This document shows, one piece after another, positions 45,320-55,142 of a stretch of DNA of 64,000 nucleotides. Position numbers and translations under genes: made by a program. The DNA lies in the IMG/VR virus record IMGVR_UViG_3300046787_000390, positions 1 through 64,000 of that record, one strand, 5' to 3'. Under the pieces are notes generated by a model that was not told the origin of the DNA, ran no database searches, and saw only the letters and a list, made by a program, of their open reading frames with translations. The DNA is from a virus. The number at the start of each line of letters is the position of its first letter. Position 1 is the stretch's first letter.

Positions 45320-46621
45320 TTAGCCTCCGTTATCGGCGTTGGGTTTAAGAATTTGTGACAAACTTTGTCGACTTGGTATTGTACCTCGGTCATTAGTTTG
45401 TACAGTATCTGTGTTGTTAACAAAGCTGGCACGAAGAGTTTTTGCATTTTCTGCAAAGTCGAGACCTGTGCGAACGTTGTCTTCAATTTTAGACCAACTA
45501 GCACCGTTAAATCTAAAAAGTCTATTTGGGAAGTAATCTAATCGTAAACAGTAGTCGCCGGAAACAGGGTTAGTCGGGAAGCTAACACCTGGAGTAACTG
45601 GCAGTCCGTTTGGAGCAATGCCGTCTCCTGTTAAGTAACTTAATGTATACCCGTCACCTCTTGGAGTAGTTCCTTCGCCGCCTAGCGTGTCATCGACTGA
45701 CACATACGAATCATCAGTAGTTAATCCAGTTTGCGCAGGTTGCCCATCTTCTGTTGTGGGCAAAATATAAAACTTCACAGTGTCATATCCACTTAGTGGA
45801 AGCTCTACTTCGGCTTGAATTAGTATAGCATCGTTAATTTGTAAATCTTTTAGTCTGGTTGATGCTTGGTCAGAAATAGTTGTAGGATTCGTCTTCTCAC
45901 TCCAGTATGTGGTATCAGTAATAGGAGTTCCTGGCGGAACATTTCTAATTGCTGTGTAATATGTATCACCGTCGAGTACAGTAGATCCTGTTGGGTAGAA
46001 ATTGCCATTGTCCCAAATGTTATCGGGTTCAAACGGCTTGTCTAGAATGTCATTGTATTCTTGTGCATTAACCAGCGGAGTCGCTTTGACACGCCAAATA
46101 TGCGGTAACCAAGTTTGTGAAAAGCCTTCGCTACCAAAGTTAGCTTCTTGGATTACATAGTAGCGAGGCAACGCTTTGTTAAGAGTTGTGTTTAACGGAT
46201 GATAGTCTATTAAGTTCGGCAACTCGAGTACATCACCGCTCATTAGCTTGCGGCCAAAAGCGTCGATCATGTTGTTGTAATGGAAGCTAATAAACAGTGT
46301 GTCGTTGTTTAAAAACAATCCAAACTGACTCAAGTTAAAATCGATGTCTTGTTGTCTGTATACGCCGCGCATGATGTACACATCTTGATCGTATTTGCGA
46401 TCACGGTTTTCGAGCAGCAACAAGTCTTCGATAAACAACGGGTTTGACTGATCGTAGACTGGTAGCGTTGCGTCAGCATCGCCTGCATCACCGGTTGCTG
46501 GCCCCATGTATTTGTGAACATACATGTCCATTCCGCCAACAGTGAACATCTCACTGATGGTACGATCAAAAAATTGATAATCGTTTGTGCGATTAGGTCT
46601 GTATAAACTTAGGCGTGGCAT
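45320..46621 (-). CDS. gp14: Neck/head-closure protein, gp14-like
   Basis: LSQFGLFL..D, GDVLELP motifs; adjacent to the gp15-like gene. Confidence 0.6.
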   Translation of the reverse strand: MPRLSLYRPNRTNDYQFFDRTISEMFTVGGMDMYVHKYMGPATGDAGDADATLPVYDQSNPLFIEDLLLLENRDRKYDQDVYIMRGVYRQQDIDFNLSQFGLFLNNDTLFISFHYNNMIDAFGRKLMSGDVLELPNLIDYHPLNTTLNKALPRYYVIQEANFGSEGFSQTWLPHIWRVKATPLVNAQEYNDILDKPFEPDNIWDNGNFYPTGSTVLDGDTYYTAIRNVPPGTPITDTTYWSEKTNPTTISDQASTRLKDLQINDAILIQAEVELPLSGYDTVKFYILPTTEDGQPAQTGLTTDDSYVSVDDTLGGEGTTPRGDGYTLSYLTGDGIAPNGLPVTPGVSFPTNPVSGDYCLRLDYFPNRLFRFNGASWSKIEDNVRTGLDFAENAKTLRASFVNNTDTVQTNDRGTIPSRQSLSQILKPNADNGG

Positions 46622-46641
46622 AACTGTTATTTATGGGTTAA

Positions 46642-46670
46642 TTGACAAGGAAAGTTTTCCGTCATAAAAT
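46642..46670 (+). promoter_or_regulatory. Sigma70 promoter
   Basis: TTGACA-17-TAAAAT; ATG 5 nt downstream. Confidence 0.75.
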
Positions 46671-46675
46671 ACAGC

Positions 46676-46930
46676 ATGGATGAACTATACCAACGAGCTA
46701 CAGATTGCGCAGAACAAATCAAAGACATAACTAATCGCATGGCTCGCCGTGATCTATTGCGTATGTTAAAAGCAGTGGACTCTGCCCTAAATCACTTGGA
46801 CTCAGAAAGCGTAGAATGTCGCAGGTTAAACAAAAGTACTAGTCGCTACGAAACGCTGAAAAAACAAGCAGAAGAGCAAGTACTAAACCTGGAAAAGCAC
46901 TTGACACTAGCACGACTAATGTACACTTGA
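46676..46930 (+). CDS. Hypothetical early protein
   Basis: 84-aa helical ORF behind a sigma70 promoter. Confidence 0.65.
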   Translation: MDELYQRATDCAEQIKDITNRMARRDLLRMLKAVDSALNHLDSESVECRRLNKSTSRYETLKKQAEEQVLNLEKHLTLARLMYT

Positions 46931-46955
46931 CCAATAATTCCCATTCTGCTATAAT
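46927..46955 (+). promoter_or_regulatory. Sigma70 promoter
   Basis: TTGACC-17-TATAAT with TG extension; ATG at 46962. Confidence 0.75.
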
Positions 46956-46961
46956 TTGGTT

Positions 46962-47237
46962 ATGAAAATAGTTAAGTTAAATCGTCGCTTCAAACAGTTC
47001 AAAGAAAACGGGCACACAGTGGCCTTGCGATTCGAATCCTATCAACCCAAGAAAATTTCTGCTTACGAAAAAGTTTGTCGGGAACGCCTAAAGGGCCACG
47101 GTTATACCCGCGAAGGGGATTGGTCCGGCTATTTTGGACATGCCCCGAACAGTAATTGTTATCGCCCATACTGGATTACATTCCGCAACGAAGCAGATCT
47201 TACTTTAGTATTACTTTCTGTTGACTTGACCAATTAA
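46962..47237 (+). CDS. Hypothetical early protein
   Basis: MKIVKLNRRF...; start moved to ATG 46962. Confidence 0.65.
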   Translation: MKIVKLNRRFKQFKENGHTVALRFESYQPKKISAYEKVCRERLKGHGYTREGDWSGYFGHAPNSNCYRPYWITFRNEADLTLVLLSVDLTN

Positions 47238-47254
47238 CCAAAATCAGCTATAAT
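47226..47254 (+). promoter_or_regulatory. Sigma70 promoter
   Basis: TTGACC-17-TATAAT; ATG at 47261. Confidence 0.75.
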
Positions 47255-47260
47255 ACTCAT

Positions 47261-47494
47261 ATGTATAAATTAATAAACAAAGCAGGCGCAGAACTAGACG
47301 GGTTTGAAACCCTGGATTCTGCTATGCAGGCCGCAAAGGCGGTAGGATTCTTTGTAACAATCAAAGGGCCCGACTTTGAAGTTTGCGGTTGTTTTGGAGT
47401 TGACAGCGTCAAAGACGGCAAGTGCCCAGATGGCGTTGCATATGACTGGAACAAAGCGAGCCGCATTGGCCGCGTTAAAAAGGAGCGTGTATGA
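47261..47494 (+). CDS. Hypothetical early protein
   Basis: 77 aa; FGVDSVKDGKCPDG..YDW. Confidence 0.65.
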   Translation: MYKLINKAGAELDGFETLDSAMQAAKAVGFFVTIKGPDFEVCGCFGVDSVKDGKCPDGVAYDWNKASRIGRVKKERV

Positions 47495-48618
47495 AAGTTT
47501 CCCTCAAGCCATTGAATCCTCGAAGCCCGGATACCAAGTATGTGGGTCTGGAACCCACCTGGGCTATTCAGCCCACTGAGGAACGTTTTACCGCCATGAC
47601 TCGTGCATTTAGCTGGTACAACTATTTCTACGGCAAGAAGGAAGCCAAGGAATTTGTTTGCGTTTACTTAGATGCACATGACCGCACCAAGGACGCAAAA
47701 AAGATTCGCGCCCTTAATGATAGCCAAGTGCGCCTAACAACAGGTTGGTTGGCCCGTATGAGCCTCATGGGGTTGCAACTTACAGACACAGAGCAAATCA
47801 AGCTCGACAACTTGGTTAAAGAACTGCTAGAGCTTAAAGAGCAAGCAGTAGCTGAAGTAGTTGAGGATGACGGCATTCCTAAAGTTACTATTCAAGATCG
47901 TTTGCGTGAAAAAGTAAGCGAGTGTCTCGGCGAGATGGACGGCTTGTTTGACGAATTTATTGTTTCAGGTGCCAAGCTCAATGCAGACTACAAACCTGTG
48001 GTTCTAATGCGCTCACTGAACATTGCACCGCAAATGGTATCTGTTATCAAAGACACATGGACTAAAAAACTTGCTGAGTTTGAAGAAGCAGTAGAGGGCA
48101 AGGACCCTGATCTAGTTAAAGCATACGACTTCCTGACCAAAACACAGCTCAAGGCATGTGTAAAGTTCTGTGAGCTGGTGCTAAGTGACTGTGGATCCTA
48201 CGTACAAATCAAGAAAGTTGAACGTAAACCACGCAAGGTCAAAGCAGTGCCGCCTGAAAAGAAAGCAGCCAAGTTTAAGATTCAAGCAGAGTTCCCTGAA
48301 CTCAAACTCAAATCATTGCCGGCTGCACAGCTAGTGGACAAGTCAGAAGCATGGTTGTACGACAGCAAAAAGCGCAAGCTGATTCACCTTGTTGCAGATG
48401 AATATGCCAAAGTGTTTACAGTTAAGAACAATACTATTATTGGATTCTCAACTGTAGAAACAGTGCAAAAGACTCTGCGTAAGCCCGCAGAACAGCTCAA
48501 AGCTATTACAGGTGTTGGCAAGCCAGCAGCTCGTAAAACGTTTAAAGATATCAAAGCTACGGAAGTAGCATGGAATCCACGTGGTAGCGAAAACCTGATC
48601 GTCCTTCGCGTTTGGTAA
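47491..48618 (+). CDS. Hypothetical protein
   Basis: 375 aa; WYNYFY and KTLRKPAEQL motifs, basic C-terminal domain. Confidence 0.7.
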   Translation: MKVSLKPLNPRSPDTKYVGLEPTWAIQPTEERFTAMTRAFSWYNYFYGKKEAKEFVCVYLDAHDRTKDAKKIRALNDSQVRLTTGWLARMSLMGLQLTDTEQIKLDNLVKELLELKEQAVAEVVEDDGIPKVTIQDRLREKVSECLGEMDGLFDEFIVSGAKLNADYKPVVLMRSLNIAPQMVSVIKDTWTKKLAEFEEAVEGKDPDLVKAYDFLTKTQLKACVKFCELVLSDCGSYVQIKKVERKPRKVKAVPPEKKAAKFKIQAEFPELKLKSLPAAQLVDKSEAWLYDSKKRKLIHLVADEYAKVFTVKNNTIIGFSTVETVQKTLRKPAEQLKAITGVGKPAARKTFKDIKATEVAWNPRGSENLIVLRVW

Positions 48619-48620
48619 GC

Positions 48621-48645
48621 TAAATATAGGAACGGAGTTCCTATA
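48621..48645 (+). promoter_or_regulatory. Late promoter overlapping an RBS-sequestering hairpin
   Basis: TAAATA at 48621; TATAGGAAC-GGA-GTTCCTATA covers GGAG and the A of ATG 48645. Confidence 0.65.
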
Positions 48646-49409
48646 TGGCTGAGCAAAATACACTACAAGTTCTTAAACAAAATCTTATAAATTATGTGCA
48701 ACTGCAACTGGGCAGTGGCATGATTGACGTTGAACTTGATCCGGCGCACTATGAGGCAGCATATCAAAAAACTATTGGCACTTATCGCCAACGTGCGCAA
48801 AATGCGTATGAAGAAAGCTACAGCTTTTTAGAATTAGTCACTGACGTTGACACTTATACACTTCCGCAAGAAGTTATTAATGTACGCCAGGTGTTCCGTA
48901 GAACATTTGGAAATTCTCAAGGCCCGTATGCTTCAAACTTTGATCCATTTACTCAGGCATCGATGAACGTTTATCTGATGAACTTCAACGTTGCAGGCGG
49001 TCTTGCTACTTACGATTTCTATTCTCAATACGTTGAACTAGCAGGACGTATGTTTGGCCAATATGTTGTATATACTTGGAATCCAGTTACAAAGAAAATC
49101 CAGATGATGCGTGATTGGCGCGGCACAGGCGAAAACGTTCTGCTTTGGACAGACAACCTAAAGCCCGAAATCAACTTGCTCTCAGACTTCCAAATTAGTC
49201 AATGGATCCGTGACTACATGGTTGCTAACTGTAAGCTAATGATCGGCGAAGCTCGTGAGAAGTTTGGAACTATTGCAGGACCACAAGGTGGCGGCACACT
49301 TAACGGTGGTGCAATGAAAGCTGAAGCACAAACTCAAATGGATGCGCTAATCCTACAGCTAACAAACTACGTAGATGGCTCACAACCTTTAACTTGGGTC
49401 ATTGGCTAA
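48645..49409 (+). CDS. gp13: Neck protein, gp13-like
   Basis: LGSGMIDVELD, WIRDY..A..K..IGEAREKF..I.GPQGG.TLNG, C-terminal VIG. Confidence 0.8.
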   Translation: MAEQNTLQVLKQNLINYVQLQLGSGMIDVELDPAHYEAAYQKTIGTYRQRAQNAYEESYSFLELVTDVDTYTLPQEVINVRQVFRRTFGNSQGPYASNFDPFTQASMNVYLMNFNVAGGLATYDFYSQYVELAGRMFGQYVVYTWNPVTKKIQMMRDWRGTGENVLLWTDNLKPEINLLSDFQISQWIRDYMVANCKLMIGEAREKFGTIAGPQGGGTLNGGAMKAEAQTQMDALILQLTNYVDGSQPLTWVIG

Positions 49410-49438
49410 TTGACATCATAGTGTAATGCTGTTATAAT
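49410..49438 (+). promoter_or_regulatory. Sigma70 promoter
   Basis: TTGACA-17-TATAAT with TG extension; ATG at 49445. Confidence 0.8.
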
Positions 49439-49444
49439 AGCAGT

Positions 49445-49969
49445 ATGGCACACTTAATGATCGACTTAGAGGGGCTAGCAACTGGCCCAAACACATGTAT
49501 TCTCACTATTGCTGCTCAGTCCTTTGATCCGTTTGGCTCGGGACACTATGATCAGCATTACTATGCACGAGTAACATTGGAAAGTCAGCCTGATCGTGAT
49601 ATCGATGACGGCACAATTGAATGGTGGGCAACTCAGCCTGCGCATGCTCGAGAAGAAGCGTTCAATGAAGAAGGTAGAATTCCTCTAGATCAAGCACTAG
49701 ACGAATTAGGCAAACTAATATGGCATAGTAAACTGATCTGGGCGCAAGGTCCCACATACGACATGAATATCCTTGAGCATGCTTACAAAAGCTATCGCAA
49801 ACCACTGCCTTGGAAATACTACATGGTGCGAGACAGCCGCACAGTATTTTCATTGTGGCCTGATCAACCTATCCCTCCTACTAGCCACCATGCGTTAGAG
49901 GACTGCCGCAGACAAATTAGCATGCTACAAAATACACTTAAATACCTTAACGTTAAGGAACTCAAATGA
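49445..49969 (+). CDS. DEDDh 3'-5' exonuclease (DexA/RNase AS-like)
   Basis: MIDLE, WAQGPTYD, RDSRT, HHALED. Confidence 0.8.
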   Translation: MAHLMIDLEGLATGPNTCILTIAAQSFDPFGSGHYDQHYYARVTLESQPDRDIDDGTIEWWATQPAHAREEAFNEEGRIPLDQALDELGKLIWHSKLIWAQGPTYDMNILEHAYKSYRKPLPWKYYMVRDSRTVFSLWPDQPIPPTSHHALEDCRRQISMLQNTLKYLNVKELK

Positions 49970-50631
49970 TTATTGGAATCTGTGGACTCATTGGCTCTGG
50001 TAAAGATACCGCAGCCGATTACCTGGTTAATTTACATCACTTTCGTAGAGAAAGTTTTGCTAACACCCTTAAAGATGCTGTTGCTCAAGTGTTTGGTTGG
50101 GACAGAACCATGCTAGAAGGGCGCACTAAACATTCAAGAGAGTGGCGCGAACAAGTAGATCCTTGGTGGGCAGAACGCTTAAAAATGCCCGAGCTAACAC
50201 CACGTTGGGTGTTACAGCAATGGGGTACAAACGTTCTTAGAACAGGATTTCATGACGATATCTGGATTGCTAGTTTAGAAAACAAACTGCGTAATACCAC
50301 AGATGATGTTGTTATTACAGACTGCCGTTTCCCTAACGAAATCAAAGCAATCAAAGCAGCTGGCGGCATTGTAGTGCGCATTAGACGAGGTGATGAACCT
50401 GAGTGGTATAGCGCCGCAGTAGCATACAATCGTGGTCCTAATGGCAATAGCCAATGGGCTGTCAGCAAAAAGAAACTGGATACTCTAGGAGTCCATGCCA
50501 GCGAATACAGTTGGATTGGGACAGACTTTGATCAGATTTTAGATAACAACGGAACTCTAGATCATTTGTATACTCAAGTTATGCATCTGGCTCGAGATCA
50601 CCTGCCTTCCACGGTGAATCAGAACGTTTAA
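49966..50631 (+). CDS. gp1: Deoxynucleoside monophosphate kinase
   Basis: GLIGSGKDT, FANTLKD, TPRWVLQQWGT, ITDCRFPNE, HASE. Confidence 0.9.
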   Translation: MIIGICGLIGSGKDTAADYLVNLHHFRRESFANTLKDAVAQVFGWDRTMLEGRTKHSREWREQVDPWWAERLKMPELTPRWVLQQWGTNVLRTGFHDDIWIASLENKLRNTTDDVVITDCRFPNEIKAIKAAGGIVVRIRRGDEPEWYSAAVAYNRGPNGNSQWAVSKKKLDTLGVHASEYSWIGTDFDQILDNNGTLDHLYTQVMHLARDHLPSTVNQNV

Positions 50632-50926
50632 CTTCTTCCACACAATTTAGACAAATTGTTTTTAGATTGCGCACATCAGTATTATGTAAGTTTCCGTCTA
50701 CACAGAACACAAGTAACTGAGCTGAATATCTAGCCCTGAACCCGCATCGATCACATGCGGGTTTTTTCTTGTACCCGGCACTTTGCCAACGCGGCACAGG
50801 AGGTTTTACTTTTTTGTTTTTCTTGGCGCAGGTTTCGCATCGACTTCGATAGTGCGGCACTCCGTTTTTGTGATAGTTTACTGCACAAACACGTTGCTGA
50901 CAAGCAGGGCATATAGGTCTTTTCAT
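50579..50926 (-). CDS. Zinc-finger protein with degenerate HNH-like C-terminus
   Basis: Four CxxC pairs; VDGNLHN..NLKTICLNC. Confidence 0.65.
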   Translation of the reverse strand: MKRPICPACQQRVCAVNYHKNGVPHYRSRCETCAKKNKKVKPPVPRWQSAGYKKKPACDRCGFRARYSAQLLVFCVDGNLHNTDVRNLKTICLNCVEEVKRSDSPWKAGDLEPDA

Positions 50927-51020
50927 GATTTATTTACACAAAACCTTTGGCAAAGGGCACTGCAATGGGTTCTTTTTTGGTTAACCGATAAATATCATTA
51001 GCTAGAAAAAAGGATTTATT

Positions 51021-54000
51021 ATGGCACTAATTTCACCAGGCGTAGAAGTATCAGTAATTGACGAGAGTCAGTACATTCCTGCTGCTACCAACTCGGTACC
51101 CTATGTATTGATTGCAACAGCACAAAATAAAGTTTCAGGAACTGGAACTGGCGTTGCTGCTGGCACATTGCAAGCAAACGCAAACATCCCTTACTTGATT
51201 ACAAGTCAGCGAGATTTGTCCGCAACATTTGGCGTACCATTCTTTTACAAAACCACAGCCGGCACACCGATTAACGGTTACGAACTCAACGAATATGGTT
51301 TGCTTGCTGCATACTCTGCCCTAGGCGTTACAAACCGTTGTTATGTTCAACGTGCAGATGTTGACTTAACTGAACTTACCGCTACATTGGTTCGCCCAAC
51401 TGGCGACCCAACCAATAACGATTATTGGTTTGACACCGCCGAAACTAACTGGGGTTTGTTCCAATGGAACCAAACAACATCGGCGTTTGCAAATTACATT
51501 CCGACTGTTATCACTAATACTGACGAAGTTGTTGATTATGCAGGTGGCGACTATACTCCGTTGCAGACCATTGGGTCAATTGGTGGGTATGCTGTTAGCG
51601 CAGTATACATTCACAACCCAATTTATTACAAGCGTGGCGGCCCAAGCACAAGCACATACAGTGCAACAGTTACATATACAACAGTTGGTAGCCCGTTGCT
51701 TAGTTTGTATAACACTTGGGTATTGCTAGGCGGCGACGACTGGAAAACTGCTTGGCCAGCGATCCAAGGCACAAATGCAAGTCCAACATTAACAGTTGGT
51801 AATAGTATTGTAATTAACGGAACTACAGTTAGTATTACTACTACTGCGGTTAAAGACCTATGCGACGAGATTAACGACGCAGCTATTACTGGTATCTATG
51901 CTGGTGTTGACCAAGGTAAGTTAGTGATTTATGCAGATTCTACTGCAACTGCTGACGGTTCTACAGGCAACGAAGGCGCAGTTATCATTGAAAACGGTAC
52001 TGGTACTCCATTGACTGCATTGGGTATTACTGCTAACCCATCTGGTTCGAACATTTCTCCGTACTATGCTCCGGCATTCTACGTTGGCGCAAGCTACAGC
52101 ATTCCACGCTGGAGATCAACTGATACAGCTCCTGAGCCAACTGGTTCTGTGTGGCAAAAATCAAACAACGTTAACCTTGGTGCTAACTTAGTATTGAAGA
52201 AATATAATTCTACTCTTGGTGTGTGGGTACAACAAAGTGTTCCAATTTATCTCAACGGATTAGAATACATTTATGCTGCCGATCCGTCGGGCGGCGGGGT
52301 GAATATTCCAGCTGGCGCAACCTGGGGTAGATATAACCCTAGTTTCGATAATCCAGACACAGCTGGTATTGAAATTCTAGAAAAAGTAACAGCTGGCCCT
52401 ACTATTGTAACTGGCGATGACACATCTCCAGGTCCGTTTATAACTAGTAATGCATTTTTAATGCAAGCATCTCAGCCAGGCACTGCTACTGCAACATCTG
52501 CTACTGTTACCTTGCAAGGAACTACAGCGTCAGCATTTATTGCAGCGGTTAGCGCAGCAAACATTCCATATGTATCTGCATCTATTGATAGCGACGGCGC
52601 AATTGTGTTTACACACTCATTGGGCGGTACTATTACATTAACTAACACTGTTGGCACTCCAGTTACTACTGCTGGGTTTAATACAAGCGTTCAAGGAGTA
52701 ACACCTGGTCCAAATAATTCGTTGATCATAACACCGTTTTTATCAGCACCATGGTTTACATACACAGCAAGTGATACTACACCAAACCAGGATCCTGCAG
52801 ATGGACGTTTGTGGTTCTATAGTGCTACTACACAAGCGGACATTATGATCCAGGACAACGGAACATGGCAAGGTTATCAGAACGTGGATAACGATGTCCG
52901 TGGTTATAACTTAACTGAAACTAATGCAAGTGGCCCTATCTTTGCAACTACTGCACCAGCAACTCAAAATGATTCTGCTGAAACTCCGTTGGCATATGGT
53001 GATTTATGGATTGACACTAGCGACCTAGAAAACTATCCAGTGATTTATCGTTGGGAATTAGTCGATGCTGTTGCTCAATGGGTTCAAATTGTAAATACTG
53101 ACCAGACTACAGAAAATGGTATTTTGTTTGCAGACGCTCGCTGGGCGCCAAATGGCACTACTGATCCAATTGCAGACCCGATCCCAACTATTGCAAGTTT
53201 GCTAACAAGCGATTATCTTGACTTAGATGCTCCAGATCCTTCACTATATCCACAAGGTATGTTGTTGTTTAACACACGACGTTCTGGGTATAATGTAAAG
53301 AGTTTCCAAGTTGATTATTTCAATGGCCAAAGTTTCCCTGATGATATATTACCTTCGGTAACAAACGCTTGGGTTACACAAAGCGGAAACAAAGCTGATG
53401 GAAGCCCATACATGGGTCGCCAAGCACAACGAGCAATTATTGTTGCTGCATTAAAATCAGGTATTGATGCTTCTACTGATATCAGAGAAGAACAACGTCA
53501 ATTTAACTTGATTGCATGCCCTCAGTACCCTGAGTTGATTCCTAACATGGTTGAGTTGAATAACGATCGCAATAACACTGCATTCGTAATTGGTGACACA
53601 CCTTTGAGACTTGGCCCAGATGCTACTACAATTACATCGTGGGCAACTGACAATTCTGGAAACGGATTCCCAACAGGTGATGGTTTAACAACCAGCGATG
53701 TCTATCTTGGTGTATTCTATCCAAGTTGCCAAACTACTGACCTAAGTGGTAGCTCAGTTGTACAGCCTCCAAGTCACATGATGTTGCGCACAGTTCTTCG
53801 CTCAGACGAAGTTGCATACCCATGGTTAGCTCCAGCTGGTACACGTCGCGGTGTAATTGACAACGCACTACGTATCGGATATGTAAATTCTACCACTGGC
53901 GAATTTGCTCCTCTTGGTGTAAATCAAGGGCTACGTGACGTTCTATATGAACTTGATATTAACCCGATTACGTTTGTTCCTGGTGTTGGTATTACTAACT

Positions 54001-54380
54001 TTGGTAATAAGACATTTACTTCAGCAACATCTGCAATGGATCGAATTAACGTATCGCGTTTAATTGCGTATATCCGTAACAGATTGCAAGGTATTGGTAA
54101 AACATTCTTGTTTGAACCAAACGATCAAATTACAAGAAATGAATTTAGCAGTGCTATTAATTCATTGATGATCGACTTGGTTAACAAACGTGGTATCTAC
54201 GACTACCTTGTTGTTTGTGACTTAACTAACAACACACCAGCACGTATCGATCGCAATGAATTGTGGGTTGATATTGCAATTGAGCCAGTTAAAGCAGTTG
54301 AATTCATCTACATTCCACTACGCTTGAAGAACACTGGCGAAATTGCAAGTGGTGTAAGCACAGTATCTTCAGCAGGTTAA
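51021..54380 (+). CDS. gp18: Tail sheath protein
   Basis: SPGVEVSVIDES, WLAPAGTRRG, INPI, DRINVSRL, FEPND..TR, IEPVKAVEFIYI. Confidence 0.95.
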   Translation: MALISPGVEVSVIDESQYIPAATNSVPYVLIATAQNKVSGTGTGVAAGTLQANANIPYLITSQRDLSATFGVPFFYKTTAGTPINGYELNEYGLLAAYSALGVTNRCYVQRADVDLTELTATLVRPTGDPTNNDYWFDTAETNWGLFQWNQTTSAFANYIPTVITNTDEVVDYAGGDYTPLQTIGSIGGYAVSAVYIHNPIYYKRGGPSTSTYSATVTYTTVGSPLLSLYNTWVLLGGDDWKTAWPAIQGTNASPTLTVGNSIVINGTTVSITTTAVKDLCDEINDAAITGIYAGVDQGKLVIYADSTATADGSTGNEGAVIIENGTGTPLTALGITANPSGSNISPYYAPAFYVGASYSIPRWRSTDTAPEPTGSVWQKSNNVNLGANLVLKKYNSTLGVWVQQSVPIYLNGLEYIYAADPSGGGVNIPAGATWGRYNPSFDNPDTAGIEILEKVTAGPTIVTGDDTSPGPFITSNAFLMQASQPGTATATSATVTLQGTTASAFIAAVSAANIPYVSASIDSDGAIVFTHSLGGTITLTNTVGTPVTTAGFNTSVQGVTPGPNNSLIITPFLSAPWFTYTASDTTPNQDPADGRLWFYSATTQADIMIQDNGTWQGYQNVDNDVRGYNLTETNASGPIFATTAPATQNDSAETPLAYGDLWIDTSDLENYPVIYRWELVDAVAQWVQIVNTDQTTENGILFADARWAPNGTTDPIADPIPTIASLLTSDYLDLDAPDPSLYPQGMLLFNTRRSGYNVKSFQVDYFNGQSFPDDILPSVTNAWVTQSGNKADGSPYMGRQAQRAIIVAALKSGIDASTDIREEQRQFNLIACPQYPELIPNMVELNNDRNNTAFVIGDTPLRLGPDATTITSWATDNSGNGFPTGDGLTTSDVYLGVFYPSCQTTDLSGSSVVQPPSHMMLRTVLRSDEVAYPWLAPAGTRRGVIDNALRIGYVNSTTGEFAPLGVNQGLRDVLYELDINPITFVPGVGITNFGNKTFTSATSAMDRINVSRLIAYIRNRLQGIGKTFLFEPNDQITRNEFSSAINSLMIDLVNKRGIYDYLVVCDLTNNTPARIDRNELWVDIAIEPVKAVEFIYIPLRLKNTGEIASGVSTVSSAG

Positions 54381-54400
54381 TGCTTCAAGTTACTTCAAAT

Positions 54401-54430
54401 AAAATAGGGTCCAATGGGCCCTATTTTTTC
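54401..54430 (+). terminator. Rho-independent terminator
   Basis: AAAATAGGGTCC-AAT-GGGCCCTATTTTTT. Confidence 0.75.
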
Positions 54431-54472
54431 TTGACTAAAATAGTATAAATAAAGACATACAGGAGATATAAT

Positions 54473-55129
54473 ATGGCAGTAGCATCATTAACAAAACTGA
54501 CAGTGCCCTTAGCGAGTGATCAGAGTCAATCAACTCAGGGCTTGTTGATGCCTAAACTCAAATACAGATTTAGAGTTACATTTGATGGATTCGGCACTTC
54601 GAACAGTGCTTCACCAACAACAGAAATGACCAAGCAAGTAATGGATTTTGCTCGTCCTACTGTTTCGTTTGAAGAAATCTCAATTCCAATCTATAACTCA
54701 ACAATTAAATTAGCTGGTAAACACAGCTGGAACGATGTTACATGTACATTGCGCGATGATGCAACTGGACAGGTTACACGTTTAGTTGGCGAACAACTAC
54801 AGAAGCAATTGGACTTTGCTGAACAAGCAAGTGCAGCAGCTGGCATTGATTATAAATTTACTACAACGTTGCAAATCTTAGATGGTGGTAATGGCACTAG
54901 CCAACCAGTTGTTCTTGAACAGTGGGAACTGTATGGTTGCTACTTGAAAGAAGTTAACTATGGCGATGTAAATTACGGTTCTAGTGAGCCAGTAACAGTT
55001 GCAATGACACTATCATATGATAACGCTATGCAAATTAACTCTGTAAGCGGTCAACCTGATGGTGTTGGTTCGAGCATCGGCACACGATCACTTGGATCAG
55101 TAGCTACAGGACCTAGTAACGTAGTCTAA
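54473..55129 (+). CDS. gp19: Tail tube protein
   Basis: PKLKYRFRV, AGKHSW, WELYGC, LSYDNA; follows the sheath gene. Confidence 0.85.
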   Translation: MAVASLTKLTVPLASDQSQSTQGLLMPKLKYRFRVTFDGFGTSNSASPTTEMTKQVMDFARPTVSFEEISIPIYNSTIKLAGKHSWNDVTCTLRDDATGQVTRLVGEQLQKQLDFAEQASAAAGIDYKFTTTLQILDGGNGTSQPVVLEQWELYGCYLKEVNYGDVNYGSSEPVTVAMTLSYDNAMQINSVSGQPDGVGSSIGTRSLGSVATGPSNVV

Positions 55130-55142
55130 TAGGATCTATTAG

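Noticed and set aside
50579-50926. Active HNH homing endonuclease or mobile element
   Set aside because: The catalytic His positions appear substituted, and there are no signs of an intron or insertion.
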